NCBI GenBank assembly: GCA_000004985.1
Contig: GG738860.1
DNA from: Naegleria gruberi
Taxonomy: Eukaryota
DNA length: 64,000 bases
Direction: 5' to 3' (one strand)
The notes beneath the pieces were generated by a model. That model was not told the origin of the DNA and did no database searches. It saw nothing but the letters and a program-made list of their open reading frames with translations. Position numbers and translations under genes: made by a program. Of the stretch, positions 40,035 to 52,003 are shown piece after piece (position 1 is the stretch's first letter; each line of letters starts with the position of its first letter).

Positions 40035-42242
40035 TTATTTTCCAATAACGGAAAGAACCTTCTTGGTATCTTCTTGGTAGTCCAACACATCCACAAGAAT
40101 GTGCTTCAAGTATCTTACATCTGCATTCCATTGTTGAATTTGGTGTTTCTCTCCATTTTTTGGTGGTGAGACAGCTTCAGAAAGTAATATAAGAGTCTCC
40201 TTACAAATATTTTCAATCCAGAGCGAAACATGATCATCATTCTTTAAAATTTCCAATTGTTCTGGTAACTTGATGAGATATTCACCAACTTGTGAAATGT
40301 ATTTGGAAGGGTGTATGGAATGTTCCAAATCTGGAAGATGGATATCATCTACATATTCCACATTTCCAATAGAGTTTTGAAGTGACAGGTAATAATTTGT
40401 TGAGGTGTACTTTGTCGAAACACTGCTGAGTATAGTGGAAATATATGATACAAGTGTGGTCTTGACTAATTCTTGGGAGGGTTGGAGGATATTCAAATCT
40501 ACTGACTTTGAAGCCATGGAAAATATTGGGAATTGAGTTTCTTGTAAACTATTGTAGAAATGAGACAATTGCTTGAAGGTTTGCTCTGTCTGAATTTTTA
40601 CATAATACTCAGCCATATTCTTTGCAAGAACTTCTTTGAGTACTTCCAAGAGTTTTGTTTTGATTTTTTCTTCCAATTCTTCAAGCTTTTTCTTTACACC
40701 CTGATCCTTATCATTGACCAATTCAAATAATTTGAGAGCATTCTGTATGAGTTCTCTATCCTTCACAGAGAATGAAGCCATTTCTGATAATGTTGGTACC
40801 TTTCTATTCTTGAGACTCTTATTAATTTCATTACTGACAGTCTTTTTGATGGATTGACCAAAATCATCGAAAACTTGGTTGATAACCTTGATAAAGCTTT
40901 GTGATTCAATACCATAGGTAAAGGTTATACATCTCTCGAGGGCATTTTCACATTCTGTGAAAAGGAAATTCAAAGCTTCATCAATACACTCTACAAAATT
41001 ATCACTCATCGACAAGTGAGGTCTAACTTGCTTCAAGAGGTAGTCCTTCTCCTGGGTGGAAAGATATTTGGCTTGAAGAGTTGCATAAGGTTCGAATAAT
41101 AATTTTTGAATGGTTTCTGATTTGGAGAGGTCATCCAATTGTTTGAAAAAGGTCTTTGTTGATCTATATTGATTCATGACCAATTGTTGGAGATCTTCAG
41201 TTTGAAGCAGTGAACAATTCTTATGTTTGAAGCAAAATTCTACCAATTTTACCTTTACATTTGTTCTAATTTCATCAGGTGATGAAAAACTTTGGAATAA
41301 CTTCCTATAAATTAAATCTTCTTGTTTGAGTATGTACAAAATTTGATTGAAGAATTGTTGCTGCTTCTTTTGTTGTTCAATAATTTCCTTATAATTCTTC
41401 TCATAATATAGTTCGAATATAGTATTGACACCATTACTGGAATCAATTCTTTGAACCAGTTCAATTAATTCTCTACAAGCTTCTATATTTTTCTTTTCTG
41501 GGCTTTCCATCATTTCACTAATAAACTTTCCACCAATCAATGTTTTAATTAATTTTTCCTTATATTGCAAAAGTTTAGGTTTTGATTTAGTCTTGACTTT
41601 TTCACTGTAAGGTTCCAAAGTTTTAACACCTTCCTCTACACAACAAATTTGATTTGTCATTTCTCTAAGTGTTTCCATTGAAATTTCCACTTGTGGTTCA
41701 TTAAATCCACCACTATTATTCATATTTGGACTCGTAACAGGTGATTTTGCAAGACTTGGTGATGATTGTACACCTGTTGTTGTTCCGATAAGATTGTTCA
41801 CCTTGTCTCTAAATAATAAATCTAATTGTTGCATTGATTTTGTCAATGATTTTGATTGTTCCAAAGTAACTAGAATAGAACTGATGGCCATTTTGAATTG
41901 TACTAATTGTTTTAAAGTATCAAAATGTTTGTTTCCTTCATAACATTCCGAATTAATTTTCTCAACCTTTTTATATAGGTTTGTGATGGCAATAAATAAA
42001 TTAATTGATTGTTCCTGCATCCTTTCAATTTCAAATAGAGCGTTAGGAATCTTTTGCATTGATATTTTAACTTCTTGTTCCATATGTTGTCCCAAATCAG
42101 AAAACAAAACCTGAACCTTTTGTATAATTTGATAAACACTAACAGTAATATCAGTCTGGGGAGAACTCGTCTCCGATGATATCACTTCATTAATCCAAGT
42201 CTTCGGATCAAAATCGTCGGCTTGAAACTTTGATGGATCCAT
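40035..42242 (-). CDS. COG7: conserved oligomeric Golgi complex subunit 7 (COG7)
   Basis: The N-terminus MDPSKFQADDFDPKTWINEVISS matches human COG7 [21 protein letters not shown]. It is an all-helical ~735-aa protein. The ORF track extends to 42353, but the COG7-homologous Met is at 42242. Confidence 0.75.
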   Translation of the reverse strand: MDPSKFQADDFDPKTWINEVISSETSSPQTDITVSVYQIIQKVQVLFSDLGQHMEQEVKISMQKIPNALFEIERMQEQSINLFIAITNLYKKVEKINSECYEGNKHFDTLKQLVQFKMAISSILVTLEQSKSLTKSMQQLDLLFRDKVNNLIGTTTGVQSSPSLAKSPVTSPNMNNSGGFNEPQVEISMETLREMTNQICCVEEGVKTLEPYSEKVKTKSKPKLLQYKEKLIKTLIGGKFISEMMESPEKKNIEACRELIELVQRIDSSNGVNTIFELYYEKNYKEIIEQQKKQQQFFNQILYILKQEDLIYRKLFQSFSSPDEIRTNVKVKLVEFCFKHKNCSLLQTEDLQQLVMNQYRSTKTFFKQLDDLSKSETIQKLLFEPYATLQAKYLSTQEKDYLLKQVRPHLSMSDNFVECIDEALNFLFTECENALERCITFTYGIESQSFIKVINQVFDDFGQSIKKTVSNEINKSLKNRKVPTLSEMASFSVKDRELIQNALKLFELVNDKDQGVKKKLEELEEKIKTKLLEVLKEVLAKNMAEYYVKIQTEQTFKQLSHFYNSLQETQFPIFSMASKSVDLNILQPSQELVKTTLVSYISTILSSVSTKYTSTNYYLSLQNSIGNVEYVDDIHLPDLEHSIHPSKYISQVGEYLIKLPEQLEILKNDDHVSLWIENICKETLILLSEAVSPPKNGEKHQIQQWNADVRYLKHILVDVLDYQEDTKKVLSVIGK

Positions 42243-42427
42243 TTTTAATTTTTTTTGAATGTTAATAAATTTATTATTGTGATCAAACCAATCAAAAGAT
42301 GTGTGAAAGATCACGACTGATTCAGATGTTAGTTGTGTGAAAAAAGTAAGCAAGTTAACTTCTTAAATCAATATTTTCAACAAGAAATGAGTAATTGTGA
42401 GATGAAATCAAGATTTGAGAAAACAAT

Positions 42428-43678
42428 CTATTTCTTCTTTTGCTTGGCAATTCGTTCTTCCATTCTTACAATCATTTCCTTAATACGTTGTCTATAAATT
42501 TCCATCAATTCATGTCTTTGATTGAGTACCATTCCCTTGGTTTCAATTGGCTCACCCATTACTACATAAGCCTGATTTCCTGAATAAATTTTCCAATCAT
42601 CATATGGCCAAATATGATCAATGCCATAATGAATCACTGGAACAATTGATGCTTGAGTTTCAATGGCGAGAACAAAGAGACCCATCTTGTAAGGGAGGAG
42701 TTCTTTGCTGGAGGAGGTTTGTCTATCACCCTCTGGGTAAATGTAGGTCTGGAATAGACCTCTCTTCATTAATCTTCTCATATTATCAATGACTTCCCAA
42801 GATTGTTTTGGTATTTGACGAATAATAACCTCGCTACCAACTCCATAACTAATCCAACCAAAGAATGGGAAAAGGGCCATCTCAACATTCATTATAGTAA
42901 CAGAGTTTTGAGTCTTGTAGGCTAATTCAACTATTCCATCAGCCAAGCTTCTCTGATTTCCAATTGCGAATATGAATGGACCCTTTTCTCTAATTGTTTG
43001 TTCTTCCTTTAATGAGAGAGTTTTTGTAACTTTCACATTTGGATTTTTCTCATTAATCAAATGATAATACTCAAAAGCATTGAGCTTATTCAAATTTCTA
43101 GCAATATCACTCTCGTATAATACAGTTAAACTATTAAAGAATGCCCAGAAGAATAATTTACAAAAGAATACAATAATTGGATGGATCAAATAGAGATGTG
43201 TGAGAATGACATAATCCTTAGCTCTTTGCTCCTTTTCGTGGAGTGTCATTCCCTCCTTGTTTGTAGTTGTACTTTTTTTGAAATACCTAGCTATTAATCT
43301 TTCCTTTAATCGAAGAAGAGGAAAAATTACATTCTTAATTGTTCCTACTGTCATGTTTCTTACAATTCTAGAAAAAATTGTAATAATCAAACATGGTGTG
43401 GCACCAATTACAATAATCATCCACTTGGAGAAGTGAAACATATTCATTAAAGTTTCCTTCCATTCCTTCTTTTTGCTATTTTTCAATACCAATGAATTAG
43501 GTGATGAAGTAGAAGAATTAGAGTTGTCTTTGGCAGAACAAGTTGATAAATTCAAACCTTGTCCTCCTCCACCAATAGAAAGGGATATAGTTCCAATTAA
43601 ATGTTTTCCTATTACATTCAATCTCCTTCGTATGATGGGATTATTAATATTTAAATTATTCCCACTCGTTAAATTCAT
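42428..43678 (-). CDS. lysophospholipid / 1-acylglycerol-3-phosphate acyltransferase family (LPLAT/AGPAT-like) membrane protein
   Basis: Hydrophobic TM segments precede FIFAIGNQRSLADGIV (NHQS..D-type motif I variant), then FPFFGW, YPEGDRQ (motif III PEGTR variant) and VPVIHYG (motif IV). Confidence 0.65.
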   Translation of the reverse strand: MNLTSGNNLNINNPIIRRRLNVIGKHLIGTISLSIGGGGQGLNLSTCSAKDNSNSSTSSPNSLVLKNSKKKEWKETLMNMFHFSKWMIIVIGATPCLIITIFSRIVRNMTVGTIKNVIFPLLRLKERLIARYFKKSTTTNKEGMTLHEKEQRAKDYVILTHLYLIHPIIVFFCKLFFWAFFNSLTVLYESDIARNLNKLNAFEYYHLINEKNPNVKVTKTLSLKEEQTIREKGPFIFAIGNQRSLADGIVELAYKTQNSVTIMNVEMALFPFFGWISYGVGSEVIIRQIPKQSWEVIDNMRRLMKRGLFQTYIYPEGDRQTSSSKELLPYKMGLFVLAIETQASIVPVIHYGIDHIWPYDDWKIYSGNQAYVVMGEPIETKGMVLNQRHELMEIYRQRIKEMIVRMEERIAKQKKK

Positions 43679-44245
43679 ACTAATTATATTGTGTTCATAT
43701 TCTTGCTGATGGGAAGAAGAAGTGTCTCCAGTCAGATTAATCTTATTCGGATATATTTTGCTGCTGTTGATTTATACAAATCCTACTCGATGACTTTCTT
43801 GATTCAAGATAATAATCATCACGGCCATCACGTGGTTGATTATCATGCATTTTTATTATTGGTTTGTAAACATCATCTCCATCCTTGTCTTGCGTAATCT
43901 TTGTTTATTCCGATTGCAATAAAAACATCAGCTGAAAGAACAATGTTATTTTCCTAAAGTCCATCCTTTCTCTCTTCTTCTATAAGAGTCAGTAAATCAA
44001 AAAATTGTTAGAACCATGTAGGACACGACACTCTTTTCAAACAGAATCAGGTGCATTGAAAGCTCTAGTTAGCTACTATCACACCTCTGGCTCTAAGTAC
44101 CTCTCCCGTATGAATGAAAGAAGTAATTAGTGTTGAGGGTTACGTTGCTTTGAAAGCCTATCATCTGCAGGCAATCAATTTAAGCGTTAGAGTGAGGGAA
44201 AAGGCGCCAACTTTTTGGTTTTTTAAAAATAATCATTAAAAAAAT

Positions 44246-46723
44246 ATGAGACGAAGTGCTGGTTGTTCAATGCAAGCAATGTGGAGGAAGGGTTTTCTTC
44301 TTCGGAATGGAGCACTTCTTGGAAAGGGATGTTCAGCACAATTTTTGTGTGGTGCTAATGGTAATAGTAATAATAATAACGGAGGAATGTATTTTGGATC
44401 AATAGTGGTTAGGAGAGCACATTCACCAATATTTAAATTGAATCAATTGAAAGAAAATGGAGAGGTGGATAATAGTGAAAAGATTGAAGAATTAAGTTCG
44501 GAAAAGTTACCTGATTTTGATTCATTGCCAAAACCTGTGCAGGAATATCTGATGAAAATTTCTGAAAATCCAGAACAACAAAGGGTATCTTTTGCCATGA
44601 GAGCAATGCATTCAATTTTGAAACAATATGAAAATAATTTATCAGTACTGACACCCTCATTCTACAATATTATTGCCTTCAATGTAGCAAGGAAACACAA
44701 GCACTTGAAATCAACAATCAAGTTGATTGAGTTGTTTGAAGATTTGGGAGTAATGTCACCATTACTTCACCGTTATGCAATAATATGCATGACTGATAGT
44801 TCGAATATTGGACAAACACCTCTCGGAGAAGTTTGGAAGTTTTTATTCAAGTACGATTTCACTCCTCATCCAGAGTCATTCAGAAAGTTCTTAATAGCCC
44901 TCATTGATCATGGAATGGAGGATAGTTCATTTGACAAAATTATTTTCGAAATGGATCCAGAAGCTTCACAAAAATATGGAAACAAGTTGCCAGTCCATGT
45001 AAAAATTAGATTCGTGCTAATTCACATGGTAAAATATGATATATCACTAACTTGGAAGCACTATAGACCTCTAGTTTTAGCACTTATTCGAGAAAATCAA
45101 AAGGATTTAATCACTACATTTTTTGAAACTCTCTATTCCAATAATAGGGTTTATGAAAATAGTGAATATTCACCATTTGAAGCTATTTCAGCAAGTTCTG
45201 TGCCTGGTTTTTCTCATTTAAATATTGAGAAAGATGGTAAACCTTATCATCAACCACTGTGGCCTTTGAGAAAAACAGGTAAAATTCAACTCATTTCACT
45301 TTTTGTCAAGGAATGCTCGGCAAGTAAGCTTTCAGATGTTGCGCAATATATTTTTAAAAAAACAACCAAGTACGTGAGTGTAGATACCAAGAGTATTAAT
45401 GCCATTTTGAATACAATGATTGAATCAAATGATATTCATGTATTTGACCTCTATAATGAGTTTAAGAGAGCCTATTCTCCTCTTATTAATATTGCAACCA
45501 TTACAATCATGCTCAAAGGATATACAAAGTTTATAGGACTCACCACCGATAGTTCTCTTCAAGTTTTACTTTACAAACAAGGATCAGAATTACAACAACA
45601 AGTACAAGACCTAAAAATTCATACAGACAAGTCCTACTTTAAGAATGTCATGTGGTTTTACCATGCTTGTAATTCATTTATTGATGTTGATATGAATAAC
45701 GTTGAAAATTTGTTACGATTTATGAGAAAATGTGGAATTAGAGCTGATGATGATTTTACAGTGTATATAATGATGGCACTTTCAAATAGCCCCGATGGTA
45801 TCAGCTTTTTCAAAAAGTATGCATCAAAGGCAAATCCTATCGATGTAAATATCTTGAATTGGGCCCTTAAAACGAGTCTCAACACTGAATGTTTTGAAGA
45901 TAGTGTAGACATTCTTTCATATCTTGGATCAGAACGAGATTCATACGTAGTGTGTTATAATGAAGAAACTTTCAAGATTTGCTTTAATATTTGGAAAAAG
46001 CTCATCTTGGTGGGTAAACCAGACGAGTTTCCAATCCACAAAGTTTTACAAGATATGGAAAAATGCTTCGCCAACAACACCCTTGAACCAACAGAGGACC
46101 TTCTCTCTTTTCTTGGGTCTGTTTTACTTAAATTTTACGAGAGTAAGAATATTGTTGGCGAAGATCTTTTGAAGAATACCATGACAGTCATTACAAAGTA
46201 TTATCCAAGTGAACTCATAGTAACCAAACCAAAATTGGTATCTTTAGCATTGAGTTCAGTTATTGGAAAGGGTTCTGTTGATATTAACCTTTTGGAGAAG
46301 ACTGTGACAATGTTGGAGACCTATGACGAAAATTTCTTTGATACCATTCACTATACACAATTATTGAGGATTATCAACAAGAGCAATACACCAAACAGAT
46401 GGAAACTAATGAGAATAATTTTACAAAAAATGACAAACACTAAAAAACACCCAAATCTGGTGACACTTCAAACAATAGTAGAGATAATTCTGAAAGAAAT
46501 GCCACACATGTACACACTACTTTTGCAAATATTGTCAATAATGAAAAATAGATTAATCTTTGACTCTGAGGCCACTGAAGTACATGTGAGAAGTAAGCAA
46601 CAATTGAGCTTGTGGTTGGAAGAAGTTACCGACTTGATATCTAAAGTGCGAGATCAAGAGACAGCTTTAGCTGAAAAGCAGATGGAAGCAAAATCTAATA
46701 GTTCAGAAGATTTACAAACCTAG
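44246..46723 (+). CDS. helical-repeat (PPR/TPR-like) protein with predicted mitochondrial presequence
   Basis: An 825-aa uninterrupted ORF. The N-terminus MRRSAGCSMQAMWRKGFLLRNGALLGKGCSAQFL is Arg-rich and amphipathic. The remainder is an all-alpha, ~35-aa periodic Leu/Tyr/Phe pattern. No catalytic motif found. Confidence 0.45.
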   Translation: MRRSAGCSMQAMWRKGFLLRNGALLGKGCSAQFLCGANGNSNNNNGGMYFGSIVVRRAHSPIFKLNQLKENGEVDNSEKIEELSSEKLPDFDSLPKPVQEYLMKISENPEQQRVSFAMRAMHSILKQYENNLSVLTPSFYNIIAFNVARKHKHLKSTIKLIELFEDLGVMSPLLHRYAIICMTDSSNIGQTPLGEVWKFLFKYDFTPHPESFRKFLIALIDHGMEDSSFDKIIFEMDPEASQKYGNKLPVHVKIRFVLIHMVKYDISLTWKHYRPLVLALIRENQKDLITTFFETLYSNNRVYENSEYSPFEAISASSVPGFSHLNIEKDGKPYHQPLWPLRKTGKIQLISLFVKECSASKLSDVAQYIFKKTTKYVSVDTKSINAILNTMIESNDIHVFDLYNEFKRAYSPLINIATITIMLKGYTKFIGLTTDSSLQVLLYKQGSELQQQVQDLKIHTDKSYFKNVMWFYHACNSFIDVDMNNVENLLRFMRKCGIRADDDFTVYIMMALSNSPDGISFFKKYASKANPIDVNILNWALKTSLNTECFEDSVDILSYLGSERDSYVVCYNEETFKICFNIWKKLILVGKPDEFPIHKVLQDMEKCFANNTLEPTEDLLSFLGSVLLKFYESKNIVGEDLLKNTMTVITKYYPSELIVTKPKLVSLALSSVIGKGSVDINLLEKTVTMLETYDENFFDTIHYTQLLRIINKSNTPNRWKLMRIILQKMTNTKKHPNLVTLQTIVEIILKEMPHMYTLLLQILSIMKNRLIFDSEATEVHVRSKQQLSLWLEEVTDLISKVRDQETALAEKQMEAKSNSSEDLQT

Positions 46724-46741
46724 TTTTTTATTATTAATAAA

Positions 46742-49700
46742 TTAGTGAATAGTTTCATACAACTCCATTGCAGTATCAAGCAATAAAGTATCAAATAGTT
46801 GGTCAGTAATAAAGTTTTTGATCATTTCTTCTTCGAGGTTTGAGGATTTCCATTTTTCTGCAGGTTTGAGGATACCAGGAATTAAAGGAATTGAATGTTT
46901 TGGAAGGTATTCATTTTCCATGTCAGAGAGTGTATGATCAACAAATTGCTCATTCTTGGATAATTCAAAGGATTTAACAAGGCTATCAAACACAAATTGG
47001 AAAGGAGTCAATTGATGAACATTGGTGTAATTATTCTTTTTCTTTCTAATATTTTCTTCTCTTCCAAAGACGTGACCCTTAAATGCAACTCCAACGTGTT
47101 CAGATTGCATGATGGTGTTGTATTCACTCAGGTAAAAATTGAATGATTCCAAGACGAGTTGATTAAAAGCATCTTGATTAGGATTGGATGACTTTTCAAG
47201 AACTGATACGTCAACAAGATTACAGACAGATCCAACCTTGTCTAGATTCTTATCCTTAGAATTGTTGTGAATAATATTTAGAAGATTTTCTACATGTTCC
47301 CTAGTTTGAATAATTTCTCCTGATCTTGGTTTTTCTTTGAGGGAAGGTAATGGACCTAGTTTAGTATTGAAAACATGGTATTCGTCATGATCGTGAATGT
47401 GCATATCTGATAAAGTTTCTCCAGTAAAGTCTTCATCTTCGTCGTGATGATCAACTTGCTGTGGAGATTGTTGCTCGTGTAAGTGAATATCATCATCACC
47501 AATAGTATTTTCGTCTTCAATAGAATCGCTGGAAAAGTCAAAGTCATCTTGCTCCAATACTTCTTCTTCCACGTGGAACTTTTCAGTTTGAGGTGATGGT
47601 TCTGAGTCAACCTTGTTTTCGTCGAAATCTTCAAAATCAGAACTAATATCATCATCAAAATCTGATTGAGCAAGCATTTGTTGCTGTTTAGCATCTTCTT
47701 CGTCATTGAGCTTCTTTAACCTAAGTTCTTCTTGTCTTTGCTCTTCCTTTCTGAGTTCTTCTTGACGTAACTGTTCCTTTCTCAATTCTTCTTGTCTTTG
47801 TTCTTCTCTTCTGACTTCCTCCAACTCTTGTTGTTTTTGTTGTTCCTTTCTTAATTCCTCTCTTCTGAGCTCTTCTTGACGTAATTGCTCTTTTCTTAAC
47901 TCCTCTTGTCTCAGATCTTCCTTTCTTTGTTCTTCTCTTCTGATTTCGTCTTGACGAGTTAATTCCTTTTGGTTTTGTTCTTGTTGCTTCAACTCGTCTT
48001 TCAATTTGAGGATTCTGAGCTCTTCCTTTCTCAATTCTTCCTTTCTGAGCTCTTCCTTTTCGATTTCAGCTTGTTTACGTTTCTCCTGTCTAATACGTTC
48101 GTCCTCAAGCTCTTTGTTCCTTAATTGCTCCTTTCGTTTGATTTCCTCTTGTTGCTCTTGCAGCATTTCCATCTTTTTTCTAATTTCTTCTTCAGATGCT
48201 TCTTGCTTTTTGAGTGAATTCTTCAACAATTCTTCTTGCTTTTCCTTCTCCCTTCTGAGTCTTTCTTCTTCTTTTCTCAACTCTTCCTTTTTCTTTGAAT
48301 AGGTAAGTCTTTCTTCTTCAAGTCTTGCCTTTTCTTCATCGAGTTGTTGCATTTTGAGTTTTTCTTGCTCTACTCTGTCTTGTTGTCTTCTTTGGAACTC
48401 TTGCTTTTCTTGTTCTAATTGCTCCTGTTCCTCATGAAGTCTTTCGAGCTCTTCCCTAATGCTATCCTCTCTTTCAGAATCTTGTAAGAGTAACTCCCTC
48501 TTGAGCTTTTCTTGCTTCTCTTGTTCCTTCTTGAGAAGAATTTCCTTTTGTTTTACAAGCTCTTGTTCCATCTTTTTGGCAAGCTCTTCTTCCTTTCTTT
48601 TGGCAACTTCCATCTCAATGTGTTTACGAAGATTATCTTCCTGTTCCAATTGATTTCTTCTCATTTCATCCTCATGTTCTTTGGCAAGACGTTGTTGATC
48701 TTCGAGCTGCTGTTTACTTTCATTGAGCTTGTTTTCAAGTTGCTTTCTGAGAGACTTTTCTTTTTCGAGCATTTCTCTCAACCTATTCTCTTCTTGAATC
48801 TTTCTTTCAGTCTCTTCTTCGAGTTCTCTTCTCTTTCTTTCTTCATTGAGCAATTTTTGTCTAAGAACCTCTTCCTGACCCTTGAGTTTAACAAGATTTT
48901 GTTCTTCTTCTAACTTTTTTCTGAGAGCTTCTTCCATCTTTTTAGAAAGCTCCTCTTCCTTTCTTTTGGCAATGAGCTCAATTTGTTTTCTAATTATTTC
49001 TTCCTGCTCGGCCTGTCTTCTCTTTAATTCTTCTTCTTGTTCCTTCAAGAGCCTTTGTTGTTCCTCTTTATGTTTGAGAAGTTGTTGTTCCATCTTTCTG
49101 TCCATCTCTTCCTCTTTTCTTTTAGCGACTTCCATTTCGATCTGGACACGAAGCTTTTGCTCTTGGTCGAGTTGCTTTCTCTTAAGGTCATCTTCTTGCT
49201 CACGAACAATACGTTGTTGCTCTTCAAGTTGCTGCTTACTCTTGCTGAGCTTGTCTTCAAGTTGCTTACGTAAAAGTTTTTCTCTTTCAAGCATATCCTT
49301 AAGCTGAGACTCTTCTTCAAAGAACTTTTCAGTTGTTTGTTCGAGTTCCCTCCTCTTTCTCTCTTCAGATAAGAGCTTGTGTCTCAAAGCTTGCTCTTCA
49401 TTCTTGAGTTTGAGAATATTATTTTCTTCCTCCAACTTTCTCTTCAACTCTTCTTCCATATTTCTGGAGAGTTCATCGTCCTTTCTCTTAGAGACAAGTT
49501 CAAGCTGCTTACGAATAATGTCTTCTTGTTCAATATGTCTTCTTCTCATTTCCTCTTCTTGTTCTCTAGCAAGACGTTGTTGTTCTTCGAGTTGTTGTTT
49601 ACTCCTACTGAGCTTATCTTCAAGTTGCTTACGTAAAAGTTTTTCCTTCTCAAGCATGTCTTTCAATTGCTTATCCTCTTCAGATAGCTTTTCATTGGAA

Positions 49701-51813
49701 TCTTTGAGTTCGCGTCTCTTGGCCTCTTCTTCGATGAACTGAGTGATGATTGACTCTCTTTGGGCAAATTGTTGTTCAAGTCTCAACCTCATCTCTTCAT
49801 CCCTCTTTCTACGTTCATTATCGATTTCTTCTAACTTTTTTCTAATAATTTCCTCTTCTATTTGTCTCTTCATTACATAATCTTGTTCTATCTTCTTCAG
49901 AAGATTTTCCTTAATTTCATTTTCAATTTTTGCCTTGAGATCCTCTTGAGTGATTTCTTCATCAACTCTCTTCAGCTTTTTTCTCTTTACAGAATTCGAT
50001 ACAGGAGAAGTAGAAATTTCCTCAGATGATGTTTCGCTTTCATAAGAGGTTTCTGAAAGCTTTTTATCTTGAATCATGAGTTCATTCTTGACCTCCTTGA
50101 TCTTTTGCTCTATCTTCTTGGAACGAAGCAATTGTTGTATCTTGGCCTCTTGCTTCTTCTTTTTGGAACGAAGAGCTTTGAGTTCCATTTTCATATTCTC
50201 AATGTTTCTTTCTCTCTCTTCGAATTCTGTTGAAACACTCAGTGTTTCTTCAAAAGACATACTCGAAGTAGTATCCATCAAAGATTCTTCTCTAAGAAGT
50301 TGACTATTATGAATATTTTCAGCCTTTTTACCCAGCATTTCAAGAGCTTCTTCTTCTTTTTTAATTTCATTTTCCAACTTCTTTTCGAGCAAGCTAGCTC
50401 TTTTGATGTTTATCGAAAGAATACTCTCTTCTGATTGTTTGATTTTCTCAATTACATTGAGAGAATCAATTAATCGCCTTGAGATGTCTTCCTTAGACTT
50501 TTCATCAGGCTTTTTACCTTGAGGAGAAGTACCAACTTGGGCATCCATCGTTAGTTTTGGTTTTTCAACTTCTTTAAAAATTTCTCTATCAACAAAGTTT
50601 GGATGAGAAACAAAATTAGGTGAAGGCTTAGTGTAAACAATGTTTGTAGGTTGGCGTCTTAGAAGGTCATCAGTACTAGGTAATTCAAGTATCTCTGGAC
50701 TTGATGGTCTCTGTTCAGTCCAAGCTTGTTTTATGGTATTATTGTTCGATGGATGGTTTTGAATATAGGACGAGTTATGATTATCTTGGTGGGATGTCAC
50801 AATTACTTTTGACATTGGTGGAGAGGAATGGATTGGGCTGAATGGTTGTTGAGCGAAAATGGTTGGCTCTGTTTTGTACATTTCCTTTCGTATCTCTGAG
50901 TATACGTGTGGGAACATGACTTCTCGTCTGTCAATCTCGGAAGGGTATAGATTATGATCATAATATAATGGTGCAGAATATGGCCTAGTGTCCGTTTCTG
51001 ACTTGGTCTTTTTAACTTTCTTTTTCTTTGCATCTCCACTTGATTTTTCCCCTTCCTTTTTTTTAGATTTTTCTTCTTTTCGTATTGAGGAAGAAGGTGG
51101 AGTCTTAGATCTATGTTTCTTTAAAAGAGAATCCAAAGTTGTTACTATTTTTTGTTCTTGTTCGGATGTCATCTTTTTCATCTTCTTCTTTGGAGAAATA
51201 GATTTCTTCTTAGGTTTTGGCACTGTCTTGCTTACATATGCTTCTAATTTTTGAAGTGTTTGTTCTCTCTTTGTCCTTTCGGCTTCCTTTGCCTTATTAA
51301 TCTCTGCTTTTTGATTAAATATTTCCTTCTGCTTCTTTTTCATAAACTCTTTTACTTTATCCTCATCATAGGGTTTCTTTCTATCCATATAATAAGGCTT
51401 TAAATCAACCTTAGGTTCTTCCTTAGGTTTTGTTATTGGAGCTTTTTGAAGGACTGGTGGTGTTGTGGAGGAAGACTTTTTTGGTGGAGCTGAAGATGGT
51501 CTTGTTTCATAGGGTGATTTTTTGCTCGGTGTTGATGATTTACTACTCAAAGAAAACAAGGTTAGAATTTATCAAGAATTCAAGAATTCAACACTTACGA
51601 TGTGTTTGTTGTTGTGGCTGTATTGGGTTGTTGTTGATCTGTTGCTGTATTGTTGTAGCTGTTTGTAAATAAAACTCGTGATGTTATTGTTGGTATGGCT
51701 GTATTATAACCAGAAAAGAAACTATCTTCCTCATGTATTGGATCCCTAACTACCTCAGGAGATGCCGATTTTTCTTGGACGACATTGTGAGGCGATTGGG
51801 AATGTGTGGACAT
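46742..51813 (-). CDS. giant (~1.67k aa) Glu/Lys/Arg/Gln-rich trichohyalin-like coiled-coil protein, 2 exons (51813-51599, 51545-46742), with internal ~129-aa repeats and a globular C-terminal domain
   Basis: Exon 1 is MSTHSQSPHNVVQEKSASPEVV...NTATTTNTS|GTAAGT, then a 53-nt intron. The central part contains at least 3 copies of L(K/R)(D/E)MLEKEK(L/S)LRKQLE(D/N)KL..SKQQLE(E/D)QQR(L/I)..E.E..., then short EELRKEQLRQ-type octad repeats. The C-terminal ~330 aa are non-repetitive. Confidence 0.7.
48400..49800. repeat. imperfect tandem DNA repeats (~0.39-kb unit, at least 3 copies) inside the coiled-coil gene; approximate bounds
   Basis: The same antisense Ser/Leu/Cys-rich pseudo-peptide (CCSSSCCLLLLSLSSSCLRKSFS) recurs at about 49236 and about 49623. 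The sense protein repeats are listed above. Shorter 24-nt GA-rich repeats continue to about 47700. Confidence 0.55.
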
Positions 51814-52003
51814 TTTTTTTTGTATTTGGATGAAATTTAGGCGCCAAATTTTGGTACGAAAATGTAAAGAGTTTGGCGCCAAGGATTTCCTGAATCAATA
51901 ACAATGAAAATGGAAAATTATTTTCATCATTCAAGTGTTCTGAATGAATTTGTTGTTTTTTCCACTTTCACAAGTTTGAAAATGTAATGATTACAACAAT
52001 ATT

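Noticed and set aside
47356-49742. Numerous plus-strand Ser/Leu/Cys/Phe-rich ORFs (e.g. 48006-48302, 48882-49307, 49377-49742) and the minus-strand ORF 47356-47706
   Set aside because: They are antisense or out-of-frame readings of the GAA/AAG/GAG-rich coiled-coil gene. Low-complexity repeats yield long spurious ORFs on every frame. The sense frame is 1.6k aa, uninterrupted and repeat-structured.
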